A stretch of DNA of 64,000 bases from Vicinamibacteria bacterium (GCA_963555995.3 OY821641.1:768001-832000), one strand, 5' to 3'; numbered from the stretch's first letter, positions 9,242-19,338 are shown. The notes: generated by a model not told the origin, from the sequence alone. Numbers and translations: made by a program.

Positions 9242-9535
9242 ATGGCCGGCAAGGTAGCGGTTGCCAAAGAACTCGCCGAGAAGCACGGGGGCAGGTACCA
9301 CCGTGGCAAGGGTCCCGATATCCGCACCGACAAGATCACCATCAACGTCGAGACCTCGCGCACCCTGCGCTCCGCCTGCGGCAGGCTCCGCGGATTCCGC
9401 GGCCCGGTCTACATCGCCTTGGCGAACGACGCCGACATCGAGACCGCGAAGACCATCCTCGCGGGCAAGACCGTCGGCCTGATGAACAGCAAGGGCCGCA
9501 TCCTCAAGAAATCAACCCGCGGCCGCTGGCCGTGA
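9242..9535 (+). CDS. Small basic hypothetical protein, PD-(D/E)XK-like pattern
   Basis: Purine-rich RBS, high GC3 codons, GPDI...INVET motif. Confidence 0.75.
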   Translation: MAGKVAVAKELAEKHGGRYHRGKGPDIRTDKITINVETSRTLRSACGRLRGFRGPVYIALANDADIETAKTILAGKTVGLMNSKGRILKKSTRGRWP

Positions 9536-9733
9536 ACCCGTCGAGCGGTTCCCGGACGGGGCCAGGCGCGACGTCAAGTTGCGCCTCAACCCGCATCTGA
9601 ATCGGGGCCCCGCCAGGAAACCGCCCGGCGCTTCGCGCCGCAGTGCCGCAAGTGCGGCGCGAGCCGCACGCAGGCCCCGGAGCGGGAGGGGTTGGGGCCG
9701 GGCAACCCGGCTTCCAACCCCTCCTGGCTCGGG

Positions 9734-9864
9734 AATCAAAACTCCCTCGTGCGCTCGCGCGCACTTCGGCGAGTTCCGATTTGTCGTTGTTTTTTGTGAA
9801 AGGGGGTAACCCCCATTCACACTTTCCCCCGAACACGCGGGCAGCGAACCCAAGGTTCGCTGCC
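9734..9864. repeat. About 130-bp multi-hairpin dispersed repeat, copy 1
   Basis: Reverse complement aligns by eye with 24674-24803. Confidence 0.9.
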
Positions 9865-9912
9865 ATCGTTTTTTCGCTCATTCAGCGAACGCGCCCGATG
9901 GCGCGCCTGCTT

Positions 9913-9937
9913 GGAACGCCGGTCTCCAGACCGGCAC
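9913..9937. repeat. REP type A
   Basis: GGAACGCCGGTCTCCAGACCGGCAC. Confidence 0.9.
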
Positions 9938-10043
9938 AGCGGTGCTCCGCACCGCGCACGTCACCACGCTGCCCAGTCTCACGGCGCGCCAAGCTCGAAC
10001 CTCATCCCCTCTTGGTAGATTCCCGCACCAACGGGACACCACC

Positions 10044-12080
10044 TTGGCGAGCGACACGGCGGCCGGCGTACGCGGCAAGCTCTGGGTGTTCGGGCCGGTC
10101 CGGGACCTGCTCCTGCTGATCGCCACCCCCATCCTGATCCTGCCGCTCGCCTTCGCCCTTCAGGGCCGGGAGACGGCCTACACCGTGGGGCTCCTGGTCG
10201 CCGGGTTCGGCGCCCTCGGCCACCACCTCCCCGGGATGATGCGGGCCTACGGCGACCGCGCCCTCTTCCGGCGCTTCCGCACCCGCTTCCTCGTGTCCCC
10301 GCTGGTCTTCGCGGCGGCGGCGCTCGGCTTCGCCGCGAACGGCCTGAACGGCGTGTCCCTGATCGTGCTCCTCTGGGGGATCTGGCACGGAGCGCTCCAG
10401 GTCTACGGCTTCCTCCGGATCTACGACGCCCGGGTGGGAGCGACCGGGCGGCTGACGGCGCGGCTCGACTGGCTCCTGTGCATCGGGTGGTTCGCCTTCG
10501 GGGTGCTCCACTCGCCCGGCCGGCTCGGCGAACTCCTCGAACTCTGGTACGCGCTCGGCGCGCCGCTGCTGTCGCCCGCGGTCTTTTTCGGTTTCCGGGA
10601 CGTCTTCGATCTCGGCCTCTTCGCCCTCACCGCGGTGTTCGTGTTCCGGGCGGGCCGGGACCTGCTGGCCGGGCAGGGACAGCACCCCGTCAAGCTCCTC
10701 GCCGCCGCCATGTCCTTCGGGTTCTGGTGGTGGTGCTCGGTCCAGGCGCCCTACGCGGTGCTCGGCGTCGCCCTTTTCGAGGTGTTCCACGACGTGCAGT
10801 ACCTCTCGATCGTCTGGGTGTTCAACCGGAAGCGGGCGCGGGACGACGACGCCGGCTTCTTCACCCGGGTCCTCTTCGGGGGCGGGCGGGCCATGCTCTT
10901 CGTCTATGTCGGCCTCGTCCTCGGCTACGGCCTCTTCCGGTTCCTTCCCGAGGCGGTCTCGAGCCCGGCGGTGCAGCGCGGCGTCCTCGCGCTGGTGGCC
11001 GCCTCGACCATGCTCCACTTCTACTTCGACGGCTTCATCTGGAAGATCCGCGAGACGAAGACGAGCGCCGCGCTCGGGATCCGGCGGGCGTCCGGCGCGT
11101 CGCCGGTGGGACCCGCGGCGAACCCCTGGCTCACCCCGCACGCCGTCAAGTGGGCCGGCCTCTTCTTCCTGCCGCTCGCGCTGCTCTTCGGCCTCGAGCG
11201 CCGCGCGGCCGCCGCGCCGCTCCAGGAGCGCTACGAGAACCTCACCACCCTGGTCCCGGAGAGCGCCGAGTTCCACCACAACCTCGGTTTCGCCTACCGC
11301 GACGGAGGCGACCTCGAAGCCGCCGAGGCCCGCTACCGGCGCGCCATCGAAATTGATCCCGAGTACCCGCGCGCCCACGCCAACCTGGGGATCGCGCTGC
11401 TCTCGCAGGGGGAATGGGAGGAGGCCGAAGGCGCGCTCCGGCGCGCGCTCCGGCTCGACGACGGGTACGCCGCCGCCCACCACAACCTCGGCTTCATCCA
11501 GGAGCGGGTCGGGGTGCGCCTCGAAGCGGAGCGCCATTACCGCCGCGCCATCGAGCTCGATCCGGGGCTCGTCGAGCCGCGGCTCGGCCTCGCCCGGATG
11601 CTGCTCGCCGCGGACAACGCCGTGGGCGCCGAGCCGGTCCTCGAGGCGGCGCTCGCCGTGGACCCGGGCCTGCCCGAGGCGCACCGGAACCTCGGGCTGA
11701 TCCTCGCGGGAAGGGGCGAACACGCCGCGGCGGTGGTCCATCTCGACATCTCGCTCGCCGCGGTTCCCGACGATTTCGTGGCGCTCGAGACCGCCGGCTG
11801 GATCCTCGCGGTCTATCCGGACGTCCGCGACCCCGAACGGGCGGTGCGCTACGCCCGGCGGGCCTCCGAGCTGGCGCGGCATCTCAGCTCCTCCGCGGCC
11901 GACACGCTGGGAGCGGCGCTCGCCGCCGCCGGGGACTTCGAAGCCGCGCTGACCGCCGCCCGGACCGCGGAGGCGCTGGCGACCGACGCGGGCCATGCGG
12001 AGCTCGCCGGCGAGATCGCCGCCCGGATCGCGCTCTACGAGGAGGGCCGTCCGGTGACCGTGGCCCCGGCGCCGCGATGA
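10044..12080 (+). CDS. Multi-pass membrane protein with His motifs fused to TPR repeats
   Basis: About 10 hydrophobic segments, GHH/WHG/FHD/HFYFDG motifs, C-terminal HHNLG/HANLG TPRs. Start uncertain (TTG 10044). Confidence 0.85.
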   Translation: MASDTAAGVRGKLWVFGPVRDLLLLIATPILILPLAFALQGRETAYTVGLLVAGFGALGHHLPGMMRAYGDRALFRRFRTRFLVSPLVFAAAALGFAANGLNGVSLIVLLWGIWHGALQVYGFLRIYDARVGATGRLTARLDWLLCIGWFAFGVLHSPGRLGELLELWYALGAPLLSPAVFFGFRDVFDLGLFALTAVFVFRAGRDLLAGQGQHPVKLLAAAMSFGFWWWCSVQAPYAVLGVALFEVFHDVQYLSIVWVFNRKRARDDDAGFFTRVLFGGGRAMLFVYVGLVLGYGLFRFLPEAVSSPAVQRGVLALVAASTMLHFYFDGFIWKIRETKTSAALGIRRASGASPVGPAANPWLTPHAVKWAGLFFLPLALLFGLERRAAAAPLQERYENLTTLVPESAEFHHNLGFAYRDGGDLEAAEARYRRAIEIDPEYPRAHANLGIALLSQGEWEEAEGALRRALRLDDGYAAAHHNLGFIQERVGVRLEAERHYRRAIELDPGLVEPRLGLARMLLAADNAVGAEPVLEAALAVDPGLPEAHRNLGLILAGRGEHAAAVVHLDISLAAVPDDFVALETAGWILAVYPDVRDPERAVRYARRASELARHLSSSAADTLGAALAAAGDFEAALTAARTAEALATDAGHAELAGEIAARIALYEEGRPVTVAPAPR

Positions 12081-14188
12081 GATCCGCGATGCGGCTGGCC
12101 ACCGCCGCCGCGCTTGCCGCGCTGGCCGGCGCTTCCGCCGCCGCCCAGGACGGCATGGCGCCCCGCCATCGCGCCTGGCTCGAGGAAGAGGTCGTCTACA
12201 TCATCTCCGAGACCGAACGCCGGGCGTTCCTGCGCCTCGAGGGGGAGGACCTCCGGGACGCCTTCATCGAGGCCTTCTGGGAGCGGCGCGACCCCAACCC
12301 GACCACCGCGGAGAACGAGTACCGGGAGGAGCACTACGAACGGATCGCCTACGCCAACGAGTTCTACGGCCGCGACACCGGCCGGGCCGGCTGGCGCACC
12401 GACCGGGGCCGCTTCCACATCGTCCTCGGCCCGCCGCGGACGAAGGAGGACTTCTCCTACTCCAACTTCCTCTACCCGGCGGAGCTGTGGTTCTACAACG
12501 ATCCCGCCCTCCGGGAGCACGGCGTGCCCCCGTTCTTCCATCTGCTCTTCTTCCGGCGCTTCGGGGCCGGCGAGATGCGCCTCTACAGCCCCGTGGAGGA
12601 CGGACCGCAGGCGCTGCTGATCGCGCCGGAGCCGTTCATCCAGGGCGACTTCCGCCAGCAGATCGAATGGGCCTTCGACCAGCTCCACGAGATCAGCCCC
12701 GAACTCGCCTCGGCGGCGCTCTCGTTCCGCACCGACGAGGGCACGAACTTCGCCGACGTGCGGGCCTTCGGGACGGTCTCGCTCATGGACGAGATCTACC
12801 GCTCCCCCACCTATGGAATCGACACCGGTTACGCGGAGCGCTTCGATTTCGGGACGGTGGAGAGCGACTACCTCTTCAACTACGTGGCGAGCGCCGGCTT
12901 CCACCACGTCCTGCCCGGGCCGGGGGGCTACTACCTGCACTGGGCGATCCAGATCCCGAACGAGTCGGTGATCGTGGTGCGCGACGCCGCGATCGGCCGC
13001 TACGGCGCGGTCTTCATCGCCTCCATCGAGATCAGCGCCCTCGATGACCCGGAGACCGTGCTCTACGACGACCGCGCGGAGTCCTTCTTCGCGGTGTCCG
13101 AGGAAGAGGCGGCGGCGCTCGGCCAGCCGTTCCTGTTCCGGGGCGTGGTGCCGGTGATCCCGGGGTCGCACCACCTCCGGATCGTGGTCCGGAACCGGGC
13201 CTGTCCGAGCCGGGACGAGGAGGAGTGCCGCCGGGCCTACACCCTGCTCGAGACGCCGATCGAGGTTCCCGACCTCCAGTTCGAGGCCCCGGCGCTGACC
13301 GAACCGGTCCTCGCCCACGGAAGCGAGCTTCTCGGGGGCGAGCCCCTCTACCGGGGCTACCGCTTCGGCCGGCGCGCGCTTCACCCGAACCCCTCCGCGG
13401 TCTTCGCCGCCGGGACGACGCTCTACCTCCTCTCGGAGCCCCTCAACGCCCCCGAGGAGGCCCGGGTGGCGTGGACCGTGGCCCCCGATCCCGACGCGCC
13501 TCCCGCGGAGGAGCCTCCCGCCCCGCTTGCCGGATCCGTGGCCGCGCACGGCGACCGGGAGGGCCCCCTGCTCGTGAGCCAGCCGCTTGCGGACCTTCCC
13601 GGCGGGAGGTACGTCGCCGTGCTCCGTCTCCTCGACGGCGCCGGCGCCGAGCTGGCCCGCCGCGAAGTCCGGTTCCGGATCTCGCCCCGGGCGACGCTCG
13701 CCCGGCCGCTCGTGGACGGCGGACTCGGCGAGATCCGGCCGGAGCTGGCGGGGGCGCCCGAGTTGGCGCGGGCTCGGCAATGGGAGGCCGCCGGAGACCG
13801 GGCGACGGCGCGGGCGTTCGCCGAGGAGGCGGTGCGCGTGGGACCCCACTACGTCCCGGCGCGCGAGCTGCTGGCGGGATACCTCCTGGAGGACGACGCC
13901 CCGGCCGAAGCCGCGACGCTCCTGGGCCCGGTCTTCGAGGCGTACCCCGACCGCTACGAAACCGCCGTCCGACTCGGCGAGGCGCGCGTCCGCACCGGCG
14001 ACTTCGAGGGCGCCCTCGGGCCGCTGACCCGGGCGGTCGAACTCCGGGCCCCGGACGCCGACCTCCTGGTGCTGCTCGCCACCACCCACCTGGTGCTCGG
14101 GGACGAGACCAGCGCGGGCCGATTGCTCGATCAGGCGTACGCGCTGGACCCGGAGAACGAGCAGGTGCTGGCGCTCCGGCGACGCTGA
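12077..14188 (+). CDS. GWxTD domain protein with C-terminal TPR
   Basis: Signal peptide, WLEEEVVYII, FWERRDP, EEHYERI, GWRTDRGR; ATGA overlap with the upstream gene. Confidence 0.9.
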   Translation: MRSAMRLATAAALAALAGASAAAQDGMAPRHRAWLEEEVVYIISETERRAFLRLEGEDLRDAFIEAFWERRDPNPTTAENEYREEHYERIAYANEFYGRDTGRAGWRTDRGRFHIVLGPPRTKEDFSYSNFLYPAELWFYNDPALREHGVPPFFHLLFFRRFGAGEMRLYSPVEDGPQALLIAPEPFIQGDFRQQIEWAFDQLHEISPELASAALSFRTDEGTNFADVRAFGTVSLMDEIYRSPTYGIDTGYAERFDFGTVESDYLFNYVASAGFHHVLPGPGGYYLHWAIQIPNESVIVVRDAAIGRYGAVFIASIEISALDDPETVLYDDRAESFFAVSEEEAAALGQPFLFRGVVPVIPGSHHLRIVVRNRACPSRDEEECRRAYTLLETPIEVPDLQFEAPALTEPVLAHGSELLGGEPLYRGYRFGRRALHPNPSAVFAAGTTLYLLSEPLNAPEEARVAWTVAPDPDAPPAEEPPAPLAGSVAAHGDREGPLLVSQPLADLPGGRYVAVLRLLDGAGAELARREVRFRISPRATLARPLVDGGLGEIRPELAGAPELARARQWEAAGDRATARAFAEEAVRVGPHYVPARELLAGYLLEDDAPAEAATLLGPVFEAYPDRYETAVRLGEARVRTGDFEGALGPLTRAVELRAPDADLLVLLATTHLVLGDETSAGRLLDQAYALDPENEQVLALRRR

Positions 14189-14222
14189 GCGGGGGCCTCC
14201 CGGGGCGGCCGGCGCGCCGCCG

Positions 14223-15992
14223 TCAGGCCGGCGGCGCCGTTCCCCCCGACCGCTTCTCCGCCGACCGGCGCCGCATCTCCTCGGCGGTCTGCTCCACCAG
14301 CGAGATCCGTTCCAGCACCTCGTCCCCGGTGACGCCTTCCTTGCGGCGTTCCAGCTCCTCGGCGATCTCGTCCATGAGCGCGATGAGCCCCAGGACCTCC
14401 TCGCTGGTGATGCTCCCCAGGAACGCCCCGGACTCCCGGTCCCGCACCGGAATGATGTGGGTCCCGTGATGCGTCATCCGCTTCAGCGCGTCTTCCAGAT
14501 GGTCCTCGGGCGCCGCGTTCGGGAACCGGGTGCGGACCACCTGGCGCAGCGGCGTCGTCGCCCATTCCCGTTCGGGGGTCAGCCGTAGCCGGGGCAGGGA
14601 CACCAGCCCGACGACTTCGTCGTTCTCCACCACGAGGTAGTCCATCTGGTCGGGCGCGGTCCAGTTGTCCGCGAACTCCCGCAGGGAGACCTGGGGGCCG
14701 GGGTAGGGGTGGCTGCGGTCCAGGAGGTGGTTCACGGTTATGTCATCGAGCGCGTGCCGGGCGAAGGAGGGCGGGACCGCGTCCGGCGCGGAGGCGCGAT
14801 GCGTCTTCGTGGCCCTGCCGACCGCCGCGGAGATCACCGGCGGCATGAACACGATGTAGGCGAACATGATGATCACGAACAGCGAGAACACCTCCCGCCC
14901 GATGACGCCCGCTTCGAGCAGCACGAGCAGCAGCGCGATCTCCGAGACTCCCTTCGCCATGAGTCCGGCCGCCTGGGCGTAGGGCTTATCGAGGCGCGCC
15001 GAGTAGGCGCCCAGCACGGCGCCCACGAACTTGCCGGCCAGCGGGATGGTGGCGAGCGCGAGGATCGTCGCCGGCGGCAGGTTCAGGAACGAGAGGTCGA
15101 GGTGCAGGCCGGCGGCGGCGAAGAATAGGGGGACGAAGATGCCGTCGGCGGCGCTGCGGAGGCCGGGCGTGATTTCCCGGTGCACCCGGCGCGCCACCCC
15201 GGAGAGCGCGACCCCGAACAGCAGCGCCCCCATGGAGCCGTGGAGTTCCATCATCTCGGCGCCCACCACGATCAGGAAGAGCCCTCCGAAGATGATCCCG
15301 AAGGCCAGCTCCGGTACGTTGGCCAGACGCTCCAACTGGTTGATGGCCCGCGGCAGGAGCTTCGCGGACAGCACCCAGGCGACCACCGTGAAGATCCCGA
15401 TGTGGGCGAGCAGGCTCAGGATGCCCGCCAGGTTCGGTCCGTGGTCCCGCTCGCCGAGCGCGAACCCGATGAGCAATAGAGCGATCAGTTCGGCGACGAT
15501 GACCGCGGTGAAGATCTCGAGCCCGATGGGTTTCTTGAGGTGCCCGCTGTCCGCGAGCACCTTGGTCACGAGTCCGAGGCTGGAGAGCGACAGGATGCCC
15601 GAGAGCGCGAGGGCGTCCATGAAGTCGAGGCCGAGCGCGAAGCCGACCGGGAAGAGGTCGGAGGTGACGAACAGGGCGCTGGCCATGGAAACGCCCACGG
15701 ACACGAGCGCCGCCACGAAGAACCGGCCCCGGATCGTGGACTTGAAGCTCGGCAGGTCAATCTCGTCGAGGCCCACCAGGAAGAAGAACAGGAAGATCCC
15801 GACGTGCAGGAAGATGTCCAGTTCGTGGACCTGGATGTCCGTGTCCAGCCGCACGATCCCGGTGACGGGGCCGAGCAGGATGCCGGTGGCGGTGTAGGCG
15901 ATGATGGAGTTCAGCCCGTAGCGGCTCAGCAACGCTTCGGCGAGCTTGGCCGCGATGATGAGCAGTCCCAGGGACAGCAGCGCTTCGATCAT
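14223..15992 (-). CDS. Cation:proton antiporter (CPA2-like) with C-terminal CBS pair
   Basis: GILLGP, FVPLFF and GKF.G motifs, about 12 TM segments, CBS-like IPVRD...LGSIT. Confidence 0.88.
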   Translation of the reverse strand: MIEALLSLGLLIIAAKLAEALLSRYGLNSIIAYTATGILLGPVTGIVRLDTDIQVHELDIFLHVGIFLFFFLVGLDEIDLPSFKSTIRGRFFVAALVSVGVSMASALFVTSDLFPVGFALGLDFMDALALSGILSLSSLGLVTKVLADSGHLKKPIGLEIFTAVIVAELIALLLIGFALGERDHGPNLAGILSLLAHIGIFTVVAWVLSAKLLPRAINQLERLANVPELAFGIIFGGLFLIVVGAEMMELHGSMGALLFGVALSGVARRVHREITPGLRSAADGIFVPLFFAAAGLHLDLSFLNLPPATILALATIPLAGKFVGAVLGAYSARLDKPYAQAAGLMAKGVSEIALLLVLLEAGVIGREVFSLFVIIMFAYIVFMPPVISAAVGRATKTHRASAPDAVPPSFARHALDDITVNHLLDRSHPYPGPQVSLREFADNWTAPDQMDYLVVENDEVVGLVSLPRLRLTPEREWATTPLRQVVRTRFPNAAPEDHLEDALKRMTHHGTHIIPVRDRESGAFLGSITSEEVLGLIALMDEIAEELERRKEGVTGDEVLERISLVEQTAEEMRRRSAEKRSGGTAPPA

Positions 15993-16252
15993 GAACGGCC
16001 TCCCGCCGGACGGATGCCGCGCCTCGTTGAATTGCGGACCCCGATCAGCAGTGCCGGGTCAGCCGGCGCGGGTCCTTGTGCCGCAGGCGCCGGCTGTCGA
16101 AGGCGTGGAGTCCCGAGAAGTCCACCGCATCGAGGAACTTGCGCGCCGCCTTCGAGTCGTAGTAGCTGCGTCTCGGACGCCTGCCGGGTCCGCTCCAGCG
16201 CCTCCCGGAGGCTCGCGACTTCCCGCCGGAGTTCCTGTTCGAGGGTGCTCAT
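15989..16252 (-). pseudogene. Small coiled-coil ORF, possibly frameshifted
   Basis: GGAGGTGG RBS and ATG at 16252; codon usage breaks near 16165 and resumes in another frame that stops at 16045. Confidence 0.45.
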
Positions 16253-16391
16253 GCGATTCCACCTCCGGCGCGATGGAGCGCCGCCGAACGGTACGGGGGG
16301 GCCGGAGGAACTGTCAAGTTGACGGCGCGGACGGGTGGCGGGCGGCGCCTCCCGCCGGGGAGGGCGGGGCCGGCGGGCTCTCGCCGGGAAC

Positions 16392-16428
16392 AAGAAAACG
16401 GCGGCGGGCTCATGCGAGCCCGCCGCCG
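16392..16428 (-). terminator. Rho-independent terminator of the TonB receptor gene
   Basis: 13-bp stem CGGCGGCGGGCTC/GAGCCCGCCGCCG with a 4-nt loop, followed by TTTTCTT on the minus strand. Confidence 0.85.
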
Positions 16429-16446
16429 CGGAGCGGTCTCCGAGCC

Positions 16447-19338
16447 CTAGAACTGGTAGCGCGCCCCCACCTTGAAGGTGCGCGGCTCGAGGAAGCCGAT
16501 CACCCGGTTGTACGCCGTTCCGGCGCGGATGACCTGGTTCAGGACCGGGTTGCTGTTCGTGATGTTGTAGGCATCGAAGAACAGCGAGAGCCGGTCCCGG
16601 TCCCAGAACGACAGGTCCTTCTCGGCCCGCACGTCCAGAATGAGCACGTTGTCCGTGCGTTCGGTCATGTCGGACAGCGGGACGAAGTTGGTTCCGGCGC
16701 CACCGGGAATGCTGATTCCCTGGATCGGCGCGAACGCCCAGCCGCTCTGCGCCCGGAACTGGAACGAGAGTGCGGCGTCAATGTTCGGGATCTGGTAGCG
16801 GCCGATCGCTTTCATGTTCCAGTTGTTGTGCGACTGCTTGGTGCTCACCGCGGAGTTCCAGTTCAGGCCTCGCCCGGCGCTCCCGCTGTTCCCCTGGATG
16901 CCGAGCGACCACGGGTCGGCCTGGGTATCGGCGCTCTGGCTGGCGCCGCAGCACACGAGTTCGTTCCGCCACTGGTAGTGGAAGCTGCCCTGCAGGAAGA
17001 GCCCGCTGCGGAACCGCCGGCCGAGCCCGATCTCGAAGTTGTCGTATTCGTTCGTGTTGAGCCCGTCGGGACCGGTGGTGATCTCGTTGGCGGTTCCGGT
17101 GCCCTCCGGAGGCCGCGTCATCGTGGTGATCGGCTGCTGGGTATTGGCGTTGACCGGGCAGGGGAAGACCGCGTCGCCGCAGAGGATCGAGTTGTTCAGA
17201 ATCGCATTCAGCAGATCCACCCGGTAGAGCTGGAACACGTTGCGATCCATCTTCCGTACGAAGGACACGCGCAGGTTCGTCTCCGGCACGATCTCGCTCT
17301 CGACCGAGGCGGTGACCTCGTCGTAGTAGCGCTTGGTGCTGAGATCCACCGGCACCCCGCCCTCGACCCGGCCCACGGGAAGCCCCGTGCCGGACGACTG
17401 GCTCAGGAGGTCGCCAAGTTCGTGCTGTCCGTCATAGATGCCGTTCCCGTTCGGGTCCATGAACTGGAAGATGACGAACTGTCCGGACGCGGGGTTCGCC
17501 TGCTGGAAGCCGTCGGGCCCGACGTTGTGGGTGTAGCGGCTCAGCGAAGCCTTCAGCACGGTCTTCCCCTCGCCGGTCACGTCGTAGGTGGCGGCGAAGC
17601 GGGGATAGAAGTCGGTCCAGGTGAAGATGTCCTTCCTCTGAATGGAAACCCCGCTCAGGAAGAACTCGGAAAGGGCCGGCGCCAGGTCCGCTTCGTTGTA
17701 CCAGCCGTACTGGTGGGCGACCCGCATTCCGGCGGTGATCGTCAGGCGCCGGTTGATCTGCCAGGTGTCCTGGGCGAAGAAGTGCAGGTTGGCGTCGCGC
17801 GTGTCGGAAACCGGGGTGGGCGTGCTGAAGAAGAAGATCTCGGACGTTCCCGTCGGGTTCGTCGGCGAGATGAGGCTTGATCGGTCGCGGTACTGGATTG
17901 AGCCGGAGGCGTCGTTCAGGAAGAAGAGCCTCGAGTCCTCCATGTAGTCCACGCCGAACTTGAGGTCGTGACTCCCTCCGGCATCCGGGATGTAGTAGTT
18001 CAGGATGCCGACGAACTGCGGCCGCTGCTTGTCGTAGGTGAACGGCCAGACCCCGGCGCCGGTGCGCCGCGACGTGTCGAGATCCACGCGCGGCGGGTGC
18101 GTGTCCGGCGGCACCGCCGGCACCATCGGCCAGGTGACCCCGTAGTGCATGGCCTTCACGTTCGAGAAGGCCCGGTCGTTCCAGACCCGCTGCCACTCGG
18201 CCTTGTGGACCCAGGTCCACGAGTCCTGCGCGAGGCGGACATCGGGCGAGTTCAGGGCGTTGATCTGGCGGTTGGGCCGGTTCTTGAGGCCCCACTGGCT
18301 GTAGCCGATCAACTCGTCCTTCTCGGAGAGCGCCATGTTCACCTTGGCGTAGTAGTTGCGGAGGACCGCTTCCTCCTTGATCACCTCGGGGTCGAGGCCC
18401 GAGATCGCCCGGTGGGTGAGGTTGTTGTTGTAGGCGAGGAAGAACCAGGCCTTGTCCCTCCAGAGCGGGCCGCCCACGTCGGCGTGGGCCTCCCAGTAGG
18501 TGAGCATGTGGTTCGTGCCCGCGCCCCGGTTCTCGAGTTCGGACGTCAGGTTGTCGCCCACAAAGCTCTCGCCCAGGTAGTCGGCGTAGAGCAATGCGGA
18601 GAGGTCGTTCCCGCCCGTCTTGATGTCCATCACGATCGTGTTCCCGGCCCAGGCGTTCTCCACGTCGGCGCCGGCGTTCGAGATGTTGAACTGGTTGACG
18701 GTCAGGCTGTCCATGTAGAAGCCGAAACCGCCGGTGCTGAAGTTGGAGTCCACCCCGTCAATGACGATGCGGTTCTGGTTCCGGAGCCCGAAGGCGTCGA
18801 AGCCCGACTGCTGGGCCTTGTGGGAGCCCGCCACGTCGAAGCCGCGCATCCGGATGCCCGGGGTGAGCGCCAGCATGGCGTGGGGGTCGGTGGAGTTCGG
18901 GACCTCCAGGATGGCGGTGTCGTCGAAGGTCCCGCCGAAACGGCTGGACTTCACGTCCACCACCGGGGACTCGCCGGTGACGGTGACCGTCTCGGCGACC
19001 GCGGCCACCGAGAGCGTCTGGTTCACGGTGAAGGTCTGCCCGGTGATGACCGTCACGCCCTCCCGGACCACGGTGGCGAACCCGCCCAGCTCGAAGGTCA
19101 TGGTGTAGCTGCCCGCCGGCAGCCCCTGGAATCGGAACGAGCCGTCCACGTCGGTGACCGCCACGCGGCTCCCGAGCAGGGCGTCCGATTCGAGGGTGAC
19201 GGTGACCCCCGGAAGAACGAGCCCCTGTTCGTCCTGGGCGACGCCGTCGAGCCGCCCGGCGGTGATCTGCGCCGCGAGCGACGCCGGAATCAGGAGCAGT
19301 GCGGCGACCGTCAGCGATCGCAGCAGATGTCGTTTCAT
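16447..19338 (-). CDS. TonB-dependent receptor with N-terminal carboxypeptidase-regulatory-like domain (Oar-like)
   Basis: Signal peptide, DEQGLVLPGVTV, ETVTVTGESPVVD, GGPLWRDKAWFF, C-terminal PRTFKVGARYQF; AAGGAG RBS. Confidence 0.92.
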   Translation of the reverse strand: MKRHLLRSLTVAALLLIPASLAAQITAGRLDGVAQDEQGLVLPGVTVTLESDALLGSRVAVTDVDGSFRFQGLPAGSYTMTFELGGFATVVREGVTVITGQTFTVNQTLSVAAVAETVTVTGESPVVDVKSSRFGGTFDDTAILEVPNSTDPHAMLALTPGIRMRGFDVAGSHKAQQSGFDAFGLRNQNRIVIDGVDSNFSTGGFGFYMDSLTVNQFNISNAGADVENAWAGNTIVMDIKTGGNDLSALLYADYLGESFVGDNLTSELENRGAGTNHMLTYWEAHADVGGPLWRDKAWFFLAYNNNLTHRAISGLDPEVIKEEAVLRNYYAKVNMALSEKDELIGYSQWGLKNRPNRQINALNSPDVRLAQDSWTWVHKAEWQRVWNDRAFSNVKAMHYGVTWPMVPAVPPDTHPPRVDLDTSRRTGAGVWPFTYDKQRPQFVGILNYYIPDAGGSHDLKFGVDYMEDSRLFFLNDASGSIQYRDRSSLISPTNPTGTSEIFFFSTPTPVSDTRDANLHFFAQDTWQINRRLTITAGMRVAHQYGWYNEADLAPALSEFFLSGVSIQRKDIFTWTDFYPRFAATYDVTGEGKTVLKASLSRYTHNVGPDGFQQANPASGQFVIFQFMDPNGNGIYDGQHELGDLLSQSSGTGLPVGRVEGGVPVDLSTKRYYDEVTASVESEIVPETNLRVSFVRKMDRNVFQLYRVDLLNAILNNSILCGDAVFPCPVNANTQQPITTMTRPPEGTGTANEITTGPDGLNTNEYDNFEIGLGRRFRSGLFLQGSFHYQWRNELVCCGASQSADTQADPWSLGIQGNSGSAGRGLNWNSAVSTKQSHNNWNMKAIGRYQIPNIDAALSFQFRAQSGWAFAPIQGISIPGGAGTNFVPLSDMTERTDNVLILDVRAEKDLSFWDRDRLSLFFDAYNITNSNPVLNQVIRAGTAYNRVIGFLEPRTFKVGARYQF

